Sequence record: SRR20825019_1753
Direction: 5' to 3' (one strand)
Length of the DNA: 57,383 nt
The notes under the pieces are model-generated. The model was not told the origin of the DNA. It made no database searches and worked only from the letters and a program-made list of their open reading frames with translations. Below, piece after piece: positions 28,074 to 38,656 of the stretch; positions within the stretch are counted from its first letter, which is position 1, and the number at the start of each line of letters is the position of its first letter. Position numbers and translations under genes: made by a program.

Positions 28074-29378
28074 CTACTGCTTTTTAACCTGTTTGCCAGC
28101 CTTCATCACGAAGTCAACATCGAGAAGTTCTTCAATATTCTCAAGTGGGCTACCGTGAGTTGCGATAATATCGGCATGCTTGCCAACCTCGATCGTGCCA
28201 AGGCTATCGGTCATATCAATCAGGTCTGCGGCATTCACTGTCGCAGACACCAGAACGTCCATCGGCGTCATGCCTGCCTTGTGCATGAGAACCGCTTCCT
28301 GCGCATTGGTCCCATGGCGTGAAACCCCGCTGTCGGTACCATATGCGATTTTAACACCCGCTTTATAAGACGCCTGGAAATTATCGATCATATCGCCGCC
28401 AACACGAAGCGCTTTAGACTTGATGTCTTCCGACATGAAGTTGCTGGTTTTGGCCATATTTACAACGGTATCACCCGCCAGAAGTGTCGGCACCAGATAG
28501 GCCCCGCCCTTCTTGAACAGGCGGATGGATTCAGCGTCCGCGTAAGAACCATGCTCGATGCTATCAACGCCTGCGCGCAGTGCTGCATTGATGCCCTCTG
28601 CTGCATGAGCATGTGCTGCAACCTTGCGGCCAAGGCTGTGCGCTGTGTCCATAATTTCCTTGAGTTCATCGTCCGCCATTTGCTGGCCGGTCCCGGTGTT
28701 TGTGTCTGAAAGCACACCACCCGTTGCCGTGATCTTGATGACATCCGCACCATATTTCACAGCTTCGCGCACGGCGCGACGGCAATCAAATGGCCCATCA
28801 CAGATGGTTTTGCTGGTATATTTCTCAAGCAGGTCATGCCGCATGCCGTCCACGTCACCGTGGCCGCCCGTTGGCGATACCCCGCCAGATGCCACAATAC
28901 GGGGGCCTTCCACCCAGCCCCGCTTGATGGCGTCCCGCAGTGCATAGATATGCTGTGGTGATGAAGCGCCCAGATTACGTACCGTGGTGAAGCCCGCCTG
29001 CAACGTCTTGTTTGCAAAATGGACGCTATGCATGCCCACATCTTCAGATGACCAACGTAGGACATTGCTATCTGCGTTCGCGCTCAACTCGCCTTGAATA
29101 TGCACATGCATGTCCATCATGCCGGGCATAACAAAACTATCTTTAAGATCAACCAGCTTGGCGTCGTCGCCATAGTCGGCCGCAGCCTTAAAACCGTCTT
29201 CCACAGCTTTGATCATGCCGTCTTCAATAACAACGGTTTGGCTCTTTTTCGGTGCCTTGCCAGGCACTGCCAAAAGCTCGCCGGCGTGAATAACAGTGAT
29301 GTCCGCCGCGATGGAAGTTCCACCTGCAACAGATGACAACAAAGCGGCAGCCACCGCCATTTTAAGTGAGCGTTTCAT
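28074..29378 (-). CDS. Exported metal-dependent amidohydrolase (Xaa-Pro dipeptidase-like)
   Basis: Signal peptide; PGMMDMHVH, GFTTVRNLG, TGGHGD, KITATGGV, AHAH, SIEHG, GTDSG. Confidence 0.92.
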   Translation of the reverse strand: MKRSLKMAVAAALLSSVAGGTSIAADITVIHAGELLAVPGKAPKKSQTVVIEDGMIKAVEDGFKAAADYGDDAKLVDLKDSFVMPGMMDMHVHIQGELSANADSNVLRWSSEDVGMHSVHFANKTLQAGFTTVRNLGASSPQHIYALRDAIKRGWVEGPRIVASGGVSPTGGHGDVDGMRHDLLEKYTSKTICDGPFDCRRAVREAVKYGADVIKITATGGVLSDTNTGTGQQMADDELKEIMDTAHSLGRKVAAHAHAAEGINAALRAGVDSIEHGSYADAESIRLFKKGGAYLVPTLLAGDTVVNMAKTSNFMSEDIKSKALRVGGDMIDNFQASYKAGVKIAYGTDSGVSRHGTNAQEAVLMHKAGMTPMDVLVSATVNAADLIDMTDSLGTIEVGKHADIIATHGSPLENIEELLDVDFVMKAGKQVKKQ

Positions 29379-29478
29379 CTCATCTCCCCTTTTATTTTTG
29401 TACCCAAATCTTAACTTGGGCGGCAGTCTGTCACAGAAGACAGAAAAATCAAACGGAGATACGATAATGTGACCAGGC

Positions 29479-30426
29479 CTATGGCTCGAGATGTAAACCG
29501 TCAGAAGTTTTCAATTCTTTCAGATACATGCGTACCTTGCCCCAGCCCGTATTGAACCCGGCACGAACAGGCAAAGCGAAACCAAGTTCCTTAACCTCCT
29601 GAAACCATATAGGCAAACCATCCGGGTCATTCTCGCCCTCTTCGTCGTCTTCATCGTCGTCATTTTGATGCCGTTTGCGGTACCGCTCTGCCTTTTTGCG
29701 CGCCTTCTCTTCTTCACGGAGGCGCTTCTCCTTCAGCTTCTCGGTTTCTATGACCTCACCGGCAATCGTCTTGGAGTCAAACCAACATTTCCTCGCCGCG
29801 CCGGACATTGGCGAATGGCGACTTTCTTTTATAGAGCCATCCTCAACCGCACATATGATTCCAACCTCGGTGACATGGTCGCCTTCGAACACGCGATGCT
29901 TCAGCGGCTCTTCAACATTTTCCAGTACCGATTGCCCGAGCATGAAGGCCATAACGGTCGAAAGACCATCAGGGCCGCGCATCATATCCTCGGGTACAGG
30001 CTCACGCTCGATATCTTCGAGCCATTCTTCCGGCCAATCCCGTTCCCAGTGGCTAAAGCTGCCATCCTCAAGGAAAAATATCTCTTTCCGGTAGTCGTCG
30101 CCGCTCCAGCGCCCCTCTGAAAGGAAACGGCGAGCCGTATAACTGCCGTCAGGGCCGAGGGTGCCCTCAGCAACCATGTGCCCCTGCCCTTTACTGAAAA
30201 GGCGCATCAGGCCCCGTGTTCTCACGTCCATCTGAACGGCATAGGAGACCGTGTCACGCTCCACTACCGTTTCGGCTGTGAACACCACCAGCCCGTTCCA
30301 GATAAAATTATACGTTGCCTCGATACGTTCCGCTGCGCTCACGCCCGCAGACGCCAAGCCACAAAGCAAAACTATCCCCAATGTTTTAAAATATCGCACG
30401 CTGTCCCTCGTTATTATTTGGCTCAA
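29479..30426 (-). CDS. Secreted DUF3108-like protein
   Basis: Signal peptide; YNFIWNG, RTRGLMRLF, DGLS, IWF...LPVRA...WG pattern. Confidence 0.65.
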   Translation of the reverse strand: MSQIITRDSVRYFKTLGIVLLCGLASAGVSAAERIEATYNFIWNGLVVFTAETVVERDTVSYAVQMDVRTRGLMRLFSKGQGHMVAEGTLGPDGSYTARRFLSEGRWSGDDYRKEIFFLEDGSFSHWERDWPEEWLEDIEREPVPEDMMRGPDGLSTVMAFMLGQSVLENVEEPLKHRVFEGDHVTEVGIICAVEDGSIKESRHSPMSGAARKCWFDSKTIAGEVIETEKLKEKRLREEEKARKKAERYRKRHQNDDDEDDEEGENDPDGLPIWFQEVKELGFALPVRAGFNTGWGKVRMYLKELKTSDGLHLEP

Positions 30427-30441
30427 GTCGTCCTGAGCTCG

Positions 30442-31122
30442 TTACAACCAGATCAGAGGCAACAGCAACGCCGTTGCCAATCCGTTTACTGCCATTGAAA
30501 AGGCTGCAGCAGCCCCCATTATATCGCTCCGTCTCACTGCTTCAGCCATGCCGATGGCATGCCCAGCTGTCCCCAAGGCCACGCCCTGACCTACTTCATC
30601 ATCTAACCCCAGCATCTTTAGAAATGGTGGTCCAAATATGGCGACCACCAAACCTGTTACGATCACCACGGCCGCTGCCAGCGCAGGCACACCTCCAATT
30701 GAAGGCGCCGCGACAACAGCTATCGGCGTAGTAACCGATTTGGTTGATACACTCGCCATCAATTCAGCAGGCGCACCTAACATCCAAGTGATAAGCAGTG
30801 CACTACATACCCCGGCAATCGAACCCGCCGCTGTCGCGGCAATCACAGCTGCTTTATCCTTCACCAGAACCTCTCGGCTGTTGAAAAGTGGCACAGCAAG
30901 CGCGGCAACCGCTGCCCCCAGCATCAGATCAAACACCTTCGTGCCCGCCTGATAGGCAGCAAACTCAAGATCAAGGTAGGAGAACAGCAGAATAAGAATT
31001 GCTGTCGGCATCAGGGTCGGGTGGGCCCAGGCCTTTTCACCAACCCGGCGATAGATGAAATCAGCAACGCCAAAAAGCAGAACCGTGGCGGCGAACCAAG
31101 TAGCAGGCATAACACTCGTCAT
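30442..31122 (-). CDS. LrgB/CidB-family membrane protein
   Basis: AALAVPLF, KSVTTPIA, VIVTG, GVALGTAGHAIG. Confidence 0.93.
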   Translation of the reverse strand: MTSVMPATWFAATVLLFGVADFIYRRVGEKAWAHPTLMPTAILILLFSYLDLEFAAYQAGTKVFDLMLGAAVAALAVPLFNSREVLVKDKAAVIAATAAGSIAGVCSALLITWMLGAPAELMASVSTKSVTTPIAVVAAPSIGGVPALAAAVVIVTGLVVAIFGPPFLKMLGLDDEVGQGVALGTAGHAIGMAEAVRRSDIMGAAAAFSMAVNGLATALLLPLIWL

Positions 31123-31466
31123 CTGTCATGCCTCATGGCCTTAAATGCCAGCGCAGCGGCGGCAAGGCCCAAAAAGCTGCTTACCGTCACCACTAGCAAA
31201 AGAACGAGCCAGTGGCTTTCAATCAGGTCCGTGAGCGTAATGATTGACACCAGGGCAGGAATGAAGAGGAGTGGAAATATCCGGAAAAGTGCGTTCGCTG
31301 TGTCATCAATGAACTCCGGCACCTTGCCGTGACTGACAAAAAAGATTGCAAGAACACCCATGACAACTATTGGTGTGGGTATAGCGAGTCCCAGCGCTTG
31401 GCAAAGACCGTCGAGCCCCAGAACCAAAAGCGCAAAAAAGACAAACCCGCCAGCAACCTTCACCAT
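31119..31466 (-). CDS. CidA/LrgA-family holin-like protein
   Basis: IPTPIV, FPLLFIPALV; 4 TMs; 4-bp overlap with the lrgB-like gene. Confidence 0.88.
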   Translation of the reverse strand: MVKVAGGFVFFALLVLGLDGLCQALGLAIPTPIVVMGVLAIFFVSHGKVPEFIDDTANALFRIFPLLFIPALVSIITLTDLIESHWLVLLLVVTVSSFLGLAAAALAFKAMRHDR

Positions 31467-31642
31467 TGAGCCAGTTTCCTCCCGATATATTGCGCATGGC
31501 TGGATGCAAAACCTATCGCGTAGCAGTATGTTCGCACAACAGAATAACGCGGTTGGCCATACCGCATCAAAACCAAAAACTTTTCGCTGCTTGACTTCTC
31601 ACCCCCGGCGCACCAATTCACACAACAATCAGGGAGCAAAAC

Positions 31643-32095
31643 ATGTTCAAAATTTTCTACGAAGATCTCATTGTTGGACACAAGGAAGCTTTTGGAGCCT
31701 ATGAAGTCACCAAAGAAGAAGTGATCGACTTTGCGTCAAAATACGACCCACAACCCTTTCATCTTGATGAAGAATTCGCCAAACAATCTGTTTTCGGCGC
31801 ACTTTGCGCAAGCGGGTGGCATACCTCGGCCATGATGATGCGTATGATGGTTGACCACATGATGGAGACCGGCTTTGCTGGCCTTGGCTCCCCCGGCATT
31901 GACGGCATAGAATGGAAAAAACCCGTTTTTCCCGGCAATGTTCTGACCTTGGAAAGCGAAGTGACCGATAAACGGGAAAGCCAGTCGCGCCCCAACATTG
32001 GGTTAGTGAAATCCACCTATCATGTGAAAAATCAGAACGGGGATGTGGTGATGATCATGCGCGGCAACGTTATGGTGGCAAAACGCCGTAAATAG
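31643..32095 (+). CDS. MaoC-family dehydratase
   Basis: YEDL, FASKYDPQPFHLDEEFA, ASGWHT, KPVFPG, NQNG. Confidence 0.92.
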   Translation: MFKIFYEDLIVGHKEAFGAYEVTKEEVIDFASKYDPQPFHLDEEFAKQSVFGALCASGWHTSAMMMRMMVDHMMETGFAGLGSPGIDGIEWKKPVFPGNVLTLESEVTDKRESQSRPNIGLVKSTYHVKNQNGDVVMIMRGNVMVAKRRK

Positions 32096-32114
32096 TCTCA
32101 ACCCTAGCCAACTC

Positions 32115-32747
32115 TTAAACGGCGGCCGCTTTCCGCTTTTTCCGTTTCGGGATTAACCTAGCCAACAGAAGCACAGCAAGAATACCGCCGTAAACAAGCG
32201 GCTCTAGCTGCAATCCCTTGCGCATCATAAAGAAATGAATGATCGCCAGTGGGGCTATTATATATACCGCTTTATGCAGGCGCTGCCAGCGGCGAGCGCC
32301 CAGCCGTTTCACCATGCCTTTGGTGCTGGTGATGGCAAGCGGGGTCAGCAGCAGAAACGCCGCCATGCCGATGGTTATATAGATGCGCTTCAGCACATCA
32401 GCCCACAATTCCGGCCAGTTGAAGAGCATATCAAGCCAAACGTAGCTGAGCATATGCATACACACGTAAAAATAAGCAAAAAGCCCCATCATGCGGCGAA
32501 ACATCAGAAGTTTTGGTGCCCTAAAAAGGCGGGATAACGGCGTAATCGCCAGCGTTACCAAAAGCATCCTCAGTGCCCAGTCGCCTGAGAAGCGGTTTGA
32601 TGTCTCGTTGGGGTTAAAGCCTAGCTCATGGGGCATACCCCCAAACGCCAACCACCACTGATACACAAGCCAAAGTGCTGGCAATAAAGCGGTGGCAAAC
32701 ACCAGCGGTTTACCCACCATGCGAACAGCGCGAACAGAAACCTGCAT
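32115..32747 (-). CDS. msrQ: Heme membrane subunit of periplasmic methionine sulfoxide reductase
   Basis: GDWAL, LAITP, RRMMGL, YVCMH, LAITS, WQRLHKAVY; follows msrP. Confidence 0.93.
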   Translation of the reverse strand: MQVSVRAVRMVGKPLVFATALLPALWLVYQWWLAFGGMPHELGFNPNETSNRFSGDWALRMLLVTLAITPLSRLFRAPKLLMFRRMMGLFAYFYVCMHMLSYVWLDMLFNWPELWADVLKRIYITIGMAAFLLLTPLAITSTKGMVKRLGARRWQRLHKAVYIIAPLAIIHFFMMRKGLQLEPLVYGGILAVLLLARLIPKRKKRKAAAV

Positions 32748-33715
32748 CAGAAGTTTTTCCTGAGATCCATGCCCGCATACAGGTCAGCAACCATATCGCC
32801 ATAGCCGTTAAACATCAGCGTTTCGCGGCGCCCAAACTCACCGATCCGCCGCTCCTGCTTCTGGCTCCAGCGTGGGTGGTCAACTTCCGGGTTCACGTTG
32901 GAATAAAAACCGTATTCCTGTGGCGCAGACAGGTTCCAGCTCGTTTCCGGCATCTTGTCAGTCAGTGATATTCTCACGATCGACTTAATGGATTTGAAGC
33001 CATACTTCCACGGCACTACCAGCCGCATGGGTGCGCCGTTTTGATTGGGCAGTTCCGCACCGTATAAACCAACTGCCATAAAGGCCAGGTCGTTCATCGC
33101 TTCGTCCATACGAAGGCCTTCCCTGTATGGCCAATCAAGCACGTTGAAAAAGCTCTTCACGCCGTTCATCTGCTTTTTATCCGCCAGGGTTTCAAACGCG
33201 ACATATTTCGCGCCAGACTGTGGCTCGATTTTCCTGAGAATGTTTGATAGCGGAATGCCTATCCACGGGATGACCATCGACCATGCTTCAACACACCGCA
33301 GCCGGTAGATCCGTTGCTCCAGCGCGTTCATGTCGATCAAGTCGTCAAAATCATACATGCCGGGGCGGTCTACCATACCATCAACCTTCACCATCCAGGG
33401 CTTGGGTTGCAGCCGCCATGCATTTTCAGCCGGATCTGACTTGCCGGTGCCGAATTCATAAAAGTTATTGTACTGGGTTACAGCTTCAAATGGGGTCAGC
33501 GCTTCACCCGGATCAAAAGAGGTTGTTTTGGCCTGCAGCTCCTTGAGCGTCCGCTCCGTGGATGCAACCGCCGCATCTGCCAGCACCCCACCTGCTGCAA
33601 TTACCGAGGCTGCGCCTACTGCACCAGACATGAACGACCGCCGGTTCAGATAAACTTTTTCCGGCGTTATCGCGCTCTCGCGTTCTTCCCATTTGGCTCG
33701 TGATTTAATCAACAT
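32747..33715 (-). CDS. msrP: Molybdoenzyme protein-methionine-sulfoxide reductase, catalytic subunit
   Basis: Tat motif [53 protein letters not shown]. Confidence 0.97.
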   Translation of the reverse strand: MLIKSRAKWEERESAITPEKVYLNRRSFMSGAVGAASVIAAGGVLADAAVASTERTLKELQAKTTSFDPGEALTPFEAVTQYNNFYEFGTGKSDPAENAWRLQPKPWMVKVDGMVDRPGMYDFDDLIDMNALEQRIYRLRCVEAWSMVIPWIGIPLSNILRKIEPQSGAKYVAFETLADKKQMNGVKSFFNVLDWPYREGLRMDEAMNDLAFMAVGLYGAELPNQNGAPMRLVVPWKYGFKSIKSIVRISLTDKMPETSWNLSAPQEYGFYSNVNPEVDHPRWSQKQERRIGEFGRRETLMFNGYGDMVADLYAGMDLRKNF

Positions 33716-34071
33716 GTCTGGCTCTCCTGTTACGCTGAACTTACCATCTGGCCTCTATGGGTCCAGTCACGTCTTGGTCCCAACTGTGTGAACAAGAAGC
33801 GAGCACCAACCCCATTTCCAAACCTTTGGGCTTGCGAAACCCTATGACTTCCCCAAATATCTGATCTATAAAGGTGAAAACCAGTCTAATTCGAGCCTTA
33901 ATACGGTGTGAGCACGACATGCCCAAAAGGAGGACGAATTGGCCATCAGCCGCACTTGTCTGCTATAAACTTAAGTGTAGTAGTAATGGTAGGAACAAGC
34001 TGGGTACAAGAACGCACACGACAGCCAAAAAAGTTGGCCAGGGGGTTAGACATTTGAAGGCCGCACTTTCA

Positions 34072-34668
34072 ATGAAAAACGTGTTGGAGACGCTACACCA
34101 TTCGAAGGCGACGCAAGAGTTGATCCGTTTCTGGCTCAACCTGCCGCGTCCTGCTGGATCAGTGTGTCCAAAACGGTCAGATTTTTCATCCGCGCGCATC
34201 AACGGCTCACTACCTGAAGTTTTTCTTAGCGAATGGTACGGCGACGACGCCTTGGTTGTTGTGCAAGCTGGCACTATTCTGGACCGCCTTATCGGCCTTG
34301 ATATGACAGGCAAAAATATCTTTGATATGACGCCCGCGGAACTCGTACATGACGAACGTATGTACTATAAGGCTTTACGCGAACAGCCCTGCGCCGGGCT
34401 GATAACCCGGTCCATGATCAATTTCGCGGACAAGCCATTTATTTATCGCACCGTGCAACTGCCGCTGATCGACCCGTTCCATAACGTCCGCTATTTTGTA
34501 GGCACAGGCTTTGTGATTGAGGGCGAGCAGATGGAAGCGGAGTTCGGCAATATAGACTTCAAAAAAGCCCGCCTTGCAGAACGCCGCTTTTTCGATATCG
34601 GCGCTGGTGTTCCGACTGAGAAGGCGACGGGCGCCCCCGATGATGGAAGCGCCCGCCCAAACGGGTAA
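34072..34668 (+). CDS. Stand-alone PAS-like (PAS_5-type) protein
   Basis: LIRFW...PKRSDF...AGT...DMTGKN...QLPL pattern; start uncertain (TTG 34054 or ATG 34072). Confidence 0.65.
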   Translation: MKNVLETLHHSKATQELIRFWLNLPRPAGSVCPKRSDFSSARINGSLPEVFLSEWYGDDALVVVQAGTILDRLIGLDMTGKNIFDMTPAELVHDERMYYKALREQPCAGLITRSMINFADKPFIYRTVQLPLIDPFHNVRYFVGTGFVIEGEQMEAEFGNIDFKKARLAERRFFDIGAGVPTEKATGAPDDGSARPNG

Positions 34669-34682
34669 AATTCCCCGCCTAA

Positions 34683-36017
34683 TTACTGTTGAAAATCATA
34701 GATGCTGCCCAGCTTCAATATCTGGGTAAGCTCGTCCAGCGCTGCAAAACTCTCTTCCATCAACAATGGATCGCCGAGGTCATCAGCCGCCAACCGGTCC
34801 CGATAATGTCTACGTCCCCAAGCCTGAAGGGTTTCTATCAGCCCTTCATTCAGCACAGTGTTTGCGCCCAAAGCGTTCATATCATCGCCTGACAAGGCCA
34901 CCCGAAGCCGCAAGCAGGCCGGACCGCCACCATTGCGCATGCTTTGCCTCACTTCCAAATAGTCGGCATGGGTGATCGGCCCGCCTGATGACAAGAGGCC
35001 ATCGACATAGGCTTTGGTGGACGGCGTTTCTGCGACCTCAGATGGCAGGATAAGCGTCATGCCCTCCCTGTCAGGCGTAGAGATCAACTGACTGTTGAAC
35101 AGGTAACTTTTAACGGCATCGGCAAGTGGCACCGCCGACCGGAGAACGCGGACAAAGCGCACGGGCACATCGCCCATGGCCGTCGAGATATCCCGCTCAA
35201 GCGCATCCGGGTCCACAAATGCATCTTCATGGTAGAAGAAAACGTCGCGGTTGGAGACTGCCACCACATCATTGTGGAAAGCACCCGCATTGATCGCCAC
35301 AGGGTTTTGACGCACAAACAGGGTCTTTTTGTCCCGCAAGCCATGCTGACGGGCAACGGCACGGCTGGCTTCAAGGGTTTGACGCCCCGGATAAGTGAGA
35401 TCAGAAGCGTTTTCAAACGCGCCACGCCCAAACACGAAAAGCGCCACACCTTCACCGCCATAGTGATCACAAAACCGGTTATGGTTCGCCGCTCCCTCAT
35501 CACCCAGATGGGTGCCGCCCTCCAGCGCATCATGGTGTGCAAACCGCTCACCTTCCGGGAAGATTGTCTTGAGAACACGGGATGTTACCGGCCATTCGAT
35601 CGATCGGTGATACATGGCGGCCAAGTTCGCGGGGGTAAAGTGTGTGCGCCCGTCCGCTGTGTCGGGGGACGGTGAAATGGTAGCCGCATTTGCTGTCCAC
35701 ATGGTTGCGCTCGACGCCACATTCGCCACCAACGCTGGGCTGGAAACCCAAGCATTTTCAAGGATTTCCCGGTCACTACCGGTAAAACCGTGGGCACGAA
35801 GCGCGCGCAAACTTGGCCTGTCATGCGGGGGCAATACCCCCTGTGTCATGCCAAGGCTCAACAGGTGCCGGGCTTTCTCGAGGCCTTGCAACACACCTTC
35901 GCGCGGGTTTGCAATCCCCCCCCGGTTTTTGGCCGACGCTACGTTACCGTAGGAAAGCCCCGCATAGTTGTGGGTTGGGCCGACGATGCCATCGAAGTTT
36001 ACTTCACGCCAAGCCAT
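34683..36017 (-). CDS. astB: N-succinylarginine dihydrolase
   Basis: EVNFDGIVGPTHNYAGLSYGN, MWTANAAT, DEGAANH, FHNDVVAV, SYLFNSQL, SMRNGGGPACLRLRV. Confidence 0.97.
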   Translation of the reverse strand: MAWREVNFDGIVGPTHNYAGLSYGNVASAKNRGGIANPREGVLQGLEKARHLLSLGMTQGVLPPHDRPSLRALRAHGFTGSDREILENAWVSSPALVANVASSATMWTANAATISPSPDTADGRTHFTPANLAAMYHRSIEWPVTSRVLKTIFPEGERFAHHDALEGGTHLGDEGAANHNRFCDHYGGEGVALFVFGRGAFENASDLTYPGRQTLEASRAVARQHGLRDKKTLFVRQNPVAINAGAFHNDVVAVSNRDVFFYHEDAFVDPDALERDISTAMGDVPVRFVRVLRSAVPLADAVKSYLFNSQLISTPDREGMTLILPSEVAETPSTKAYVDGLLSSGGPITHADYLEVRQSMRNGGGPACLRLRVALSGDDMNALGANTVLNEGLIETLQAWGRRHYRDRLAADDLGDPLLMEESFAALDELTQILKLGSIYDFQQ

Positions 36018-37495
36018 TACGCGTCTCCCGCCTTGAGTTTCAGCCCGGCGGGCAACGCACCAACGGCGACCTTACCCTCGGCCTGCTCCATTGTCGCCAC
36101 ACCATAGGCGCAATAGTCCGCTGCATAATACGCGCTCGGCCTATGGTTGCCGGAAAGGCCAATGCCCCCAAACGGCGCTGTTGATGCAGCGCCCGTAAGC
36201 TGCTGGTTCCAGTTCACGATGCCTGCCTTTGCGCGAAGATAGAACTGATCATAATGCGCGCGACTGTCTGACAACAGGCCTGACGAAAGACCAAATCGCG
36301 TGTTGTTGGCTTCCCGGATTGCGCTTTCAAAGTCAGCCACACGAATAAGCTGCAGGAGAGGGCCAAACACTTCTTCGTCTGGCCTATCTTTCGCGTCGGT
36401 CACATCAATAAGCCCTGGCGTGAGGAACGCTGGGCCGCGCTCAAGCTGCTCGCTACGGCGAAGAGATCGGCCACCGGCCTGCTCTAACTGTTCCTGAGCC
36501 TTCAGTACCTGCTTAGCCGCCCTTTCGCTTACCACAGGGCCCATGAAAGCTTGCTCCTCGTCGTCCCAAGCACCAACTGTTATGCCGTCAATGACCTCAA
36601 GGAGGGCATCAACAAATGCGTCCCCTTCCGCTCCCACAGGCACAATAAGGCGGCGTGCGCATGTGCAGCGCTGACCTGAACTGATGTAAGTCGACAGAAC
36701 GGTCATCAGTGCCGCCGCTTGTTGGTCCTTCACCTTGTGCACGATCAATGGGTTATTACCGCCCATTTCCAGCGCCTGAATAACCTCGGGCCGATCAACA
36801 AGCTGGCGAGAGATAGCAAGGCCTGTGCGGGCACTTCCGGTGAAAAGAAGCCCATCAATGCCTTTTGCGCTAGCAAGCGCCGCGCCGGTATCGCGGCCAC
36901 CTTGCACCAAATTAAGCACCCCTTTTGGCAACCCTGCCTCATCCCAAAGCTTCACCATCAGCTCAGCAACGGCAGGCGTTATCTCGCTTGGTTTAAATAC
37001 AATGGTGTTGCCTGCAATAAGCGCCGGCACAATATGGCCGTTTGGCAGGTGTCCTGGGAAGTTGTAGGGGCCAAACACTGCCATTACACCGTGCGGACGA
37101 TGTGACAGTTTTGAGCGAATAGTCCCGTTCACAGCTTCCTTGAACCCGGTGCGCTCAGAATAGGCAGTCAGAGAAATCTCCACTTTATTCGCCATCGCCG
37201 TTGCTTCGCCTGTGGCGTCCCAAAGCGTTTTTCCTGCATCCTGCGCGATCAGTTTTGCGAGCTCGGCTTTGCGCTCAGCAACAAGCCTGGCATAGGCGCG
37301 TACAATAGCCACCCGGTCGTCAAAGGCCGTCATGGCCCAACCGTCAAACGCCGCCGTTGCCGCGTCAACAGCGGCTTCCACTTGTGCCGAGGTCGCTTCC
37401 CTGCCTTTCCAAATCACATTGCCATTTGAGGGGTCGCACGACTGAAACTCATCCCCGTCACCGGGAAGCCATTTACTACCAATATAATGTGTCAT
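36017..37495 (-). CDS. astD: Succinylglutamate-semialdehyde dehydrogenase
   Basis: GPYNFPGHLPNGHIVPAL, LEMGGNN, GQRCTCARR, SGNHRPSAYYAADYCAY. Confidence 0.97.
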   Translation of the reverse strand: MTHYIGSKWLPGDGDEFQSCDPSNGNVIWKGREATSAQVEAAVDAATAAFDGWAMTAFDDRVAIVRAYARLVAERKAELAKLIAQDAGKTLWDATGEATAMANKVEISLTAYSERTGFKEAVNGTIRSKLSHRPHGVMAVFGPYNFPGHLPNGHIVPALIAGNTIVFKPSEITPAVAELMVKLWDEAGLPKGVLNLVQGGRDTGAALASAKGIDGLLFTGSARTGLAISRQLVDRPEVIQALEMGGNNPLIVHKVKDQQAAALMTVLSTYISSGQRCTCARRLIVPVGAEGDAFVDALLEVIDGITVGAWDDEEQAFMGPVVSERAAKQVLKAQEQLEQAGGRSLRRSEQLERGPAFLTPGLIDVTDAKDRPDEEVFGPLLQLIRVADFESAIREANNTRFGLSSGLLSDSRAHYDQFYLRAKAGIVNWNQQLTGAASTAPFGGIGLSGNHRPSAYYAADYCAYGVATMEQAEGKVAVGALPAGLKLKAGDA

Positions 37496-37500
37496 GCGCG

Positions 37501-38547
37501 CTACTCCTCACTCTGCGTTGTCTCGGTGCGAGCCAAGGGCCCGAATCGAACCGCATCGCCCGTTTTCAGTTCCAGCGCCCCTGCGGCGTCATGTGACAAC
37601 CAGACACCGCTGGACCCCTCCACCACATTCGTCAAAACCACCCGGAAATTATCTATCGCAGGGTTTACAGCCAGATGCTTGGGATGGTGCCCCTCGCCTT
37701 CAACGGTACCACCAAGCACATCGGTAAGGCTTTTGCGCCCGGTCCATATCCCTCGCTTATGGGCTTCCATCACTGGTCCACCGTCAAAAATATCCACTGA
37801 CCCGGAAAAGCGGAACCCCTCCCTCTCCAACAGGCGAATGGCAGGCCGTGCGCCGTCATGAGGCTTGCCGATTACTTCACGGGCCCTATCGGTCAGGAGC
37901 GCGGTATAGATTGGGAATTTGGGCATCAGGTCAGCAATAAACTGGCTGTTACCGCGCCCGTTGATCTCATCAGCTTCTTTGAAATCCATACCAAAGAAGT
38001 GCCGGCCAATGGCCTCCCAAAATGGTGAATGGTGATCCTCGTTTACCCAGCCACGAATTTCGGCGATTACTCTGTCAGGGAAGCGATCAGGGTGTGCTGC
38101 CATCAGCATATAACGTGCCTTCGCCAACAACTTGCCAAGATTGTCACGCCGGTAGTCAGGATCGAGAAACAAGGTTGCCACCTCAGTAGCGCCAATAAAC
38201 TCGTTCGAGAGCTGCAGAAGCTCCGTATCCACACGCATTTCTGGCTCATGGCTTATCTGGGTTTGATGCAAAAGCCTGTAGCTATAGAACGGCTTATCAA
38301 GCCCGATACCCACGATCAGCGCACTTGTGCCCGCAATGGTGCCGTCTGACAGGTCCTCAAGCACCAGAAGGTAGCTTCGCATCTGTTTTGGGTCAGGTTC
38401 AGACGAAAAAGCCTCCAGTGAATTTTGGATTTTGCTTTCAAGGGTGGGTCGGTGGTCAGGTAAAGTTGTCAGGCCCGTGCCGGTTTTTTTGGCAAGCGCC
38501 TGCAATCCATCAAGATCTTGCAATCGTGCTGGTCGCACCACAAACAT
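37501..38547 (-). CDS. astA: Arginine N-succinyltransferase
   Basis: GLTTLP, PFYSYR, LFLDPDYR, AEIRG...SPFW, FIADLMP, VDIFDGGP. Confidence 0.96.
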   Translation of the reverse strand: MFVVRPARLQDLDGLQALAKKTGTGLTTLPDHRPTLESKIQNSLEAFSSEPDPKQMRSYLLVLEDLSDGTIAGTSALIVGIGLDKPFYSYRLLHQTQISHEPEMRVDTELLQLSNEFIGATEVATLFLDPDYRRDNLGKLLAKARYMLMAAHPDRFPDRVIAEIRGWVNEDHHSPFWEAIGRHFFGMDFKEADEINGRGNSQFIADLMPKFPIYTALLTDRAREVIGKPHDGARPAIRLLEREGFRFSGSVDIFDGGPVMEAHKRGIWTGRKSLTDVLGGTVEGEGHHPKHLAVNPAIDNFRVVLTNVVEGSSGVWLSHDAAGALELKTGDAVRFGPLARTETTQSEE

Positions 38548-38656
38548 GAGTTTTTCCTCATTTTAGATCCGGGCAGCATGTGAGGGCCCCGGTTGCCTCA
38601 TGGCCGACCGGCCATGAAAGGAGTGAAACGCGTGTTCTAAATTCCTCCTACGCGCC

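Noticed and set aside
30442-31466. Holin-like genes as prophage evidence
   Set aside because: cidAB/lrgAB are ordinary chromosomal genes; no phage or integrase genes are present in the window
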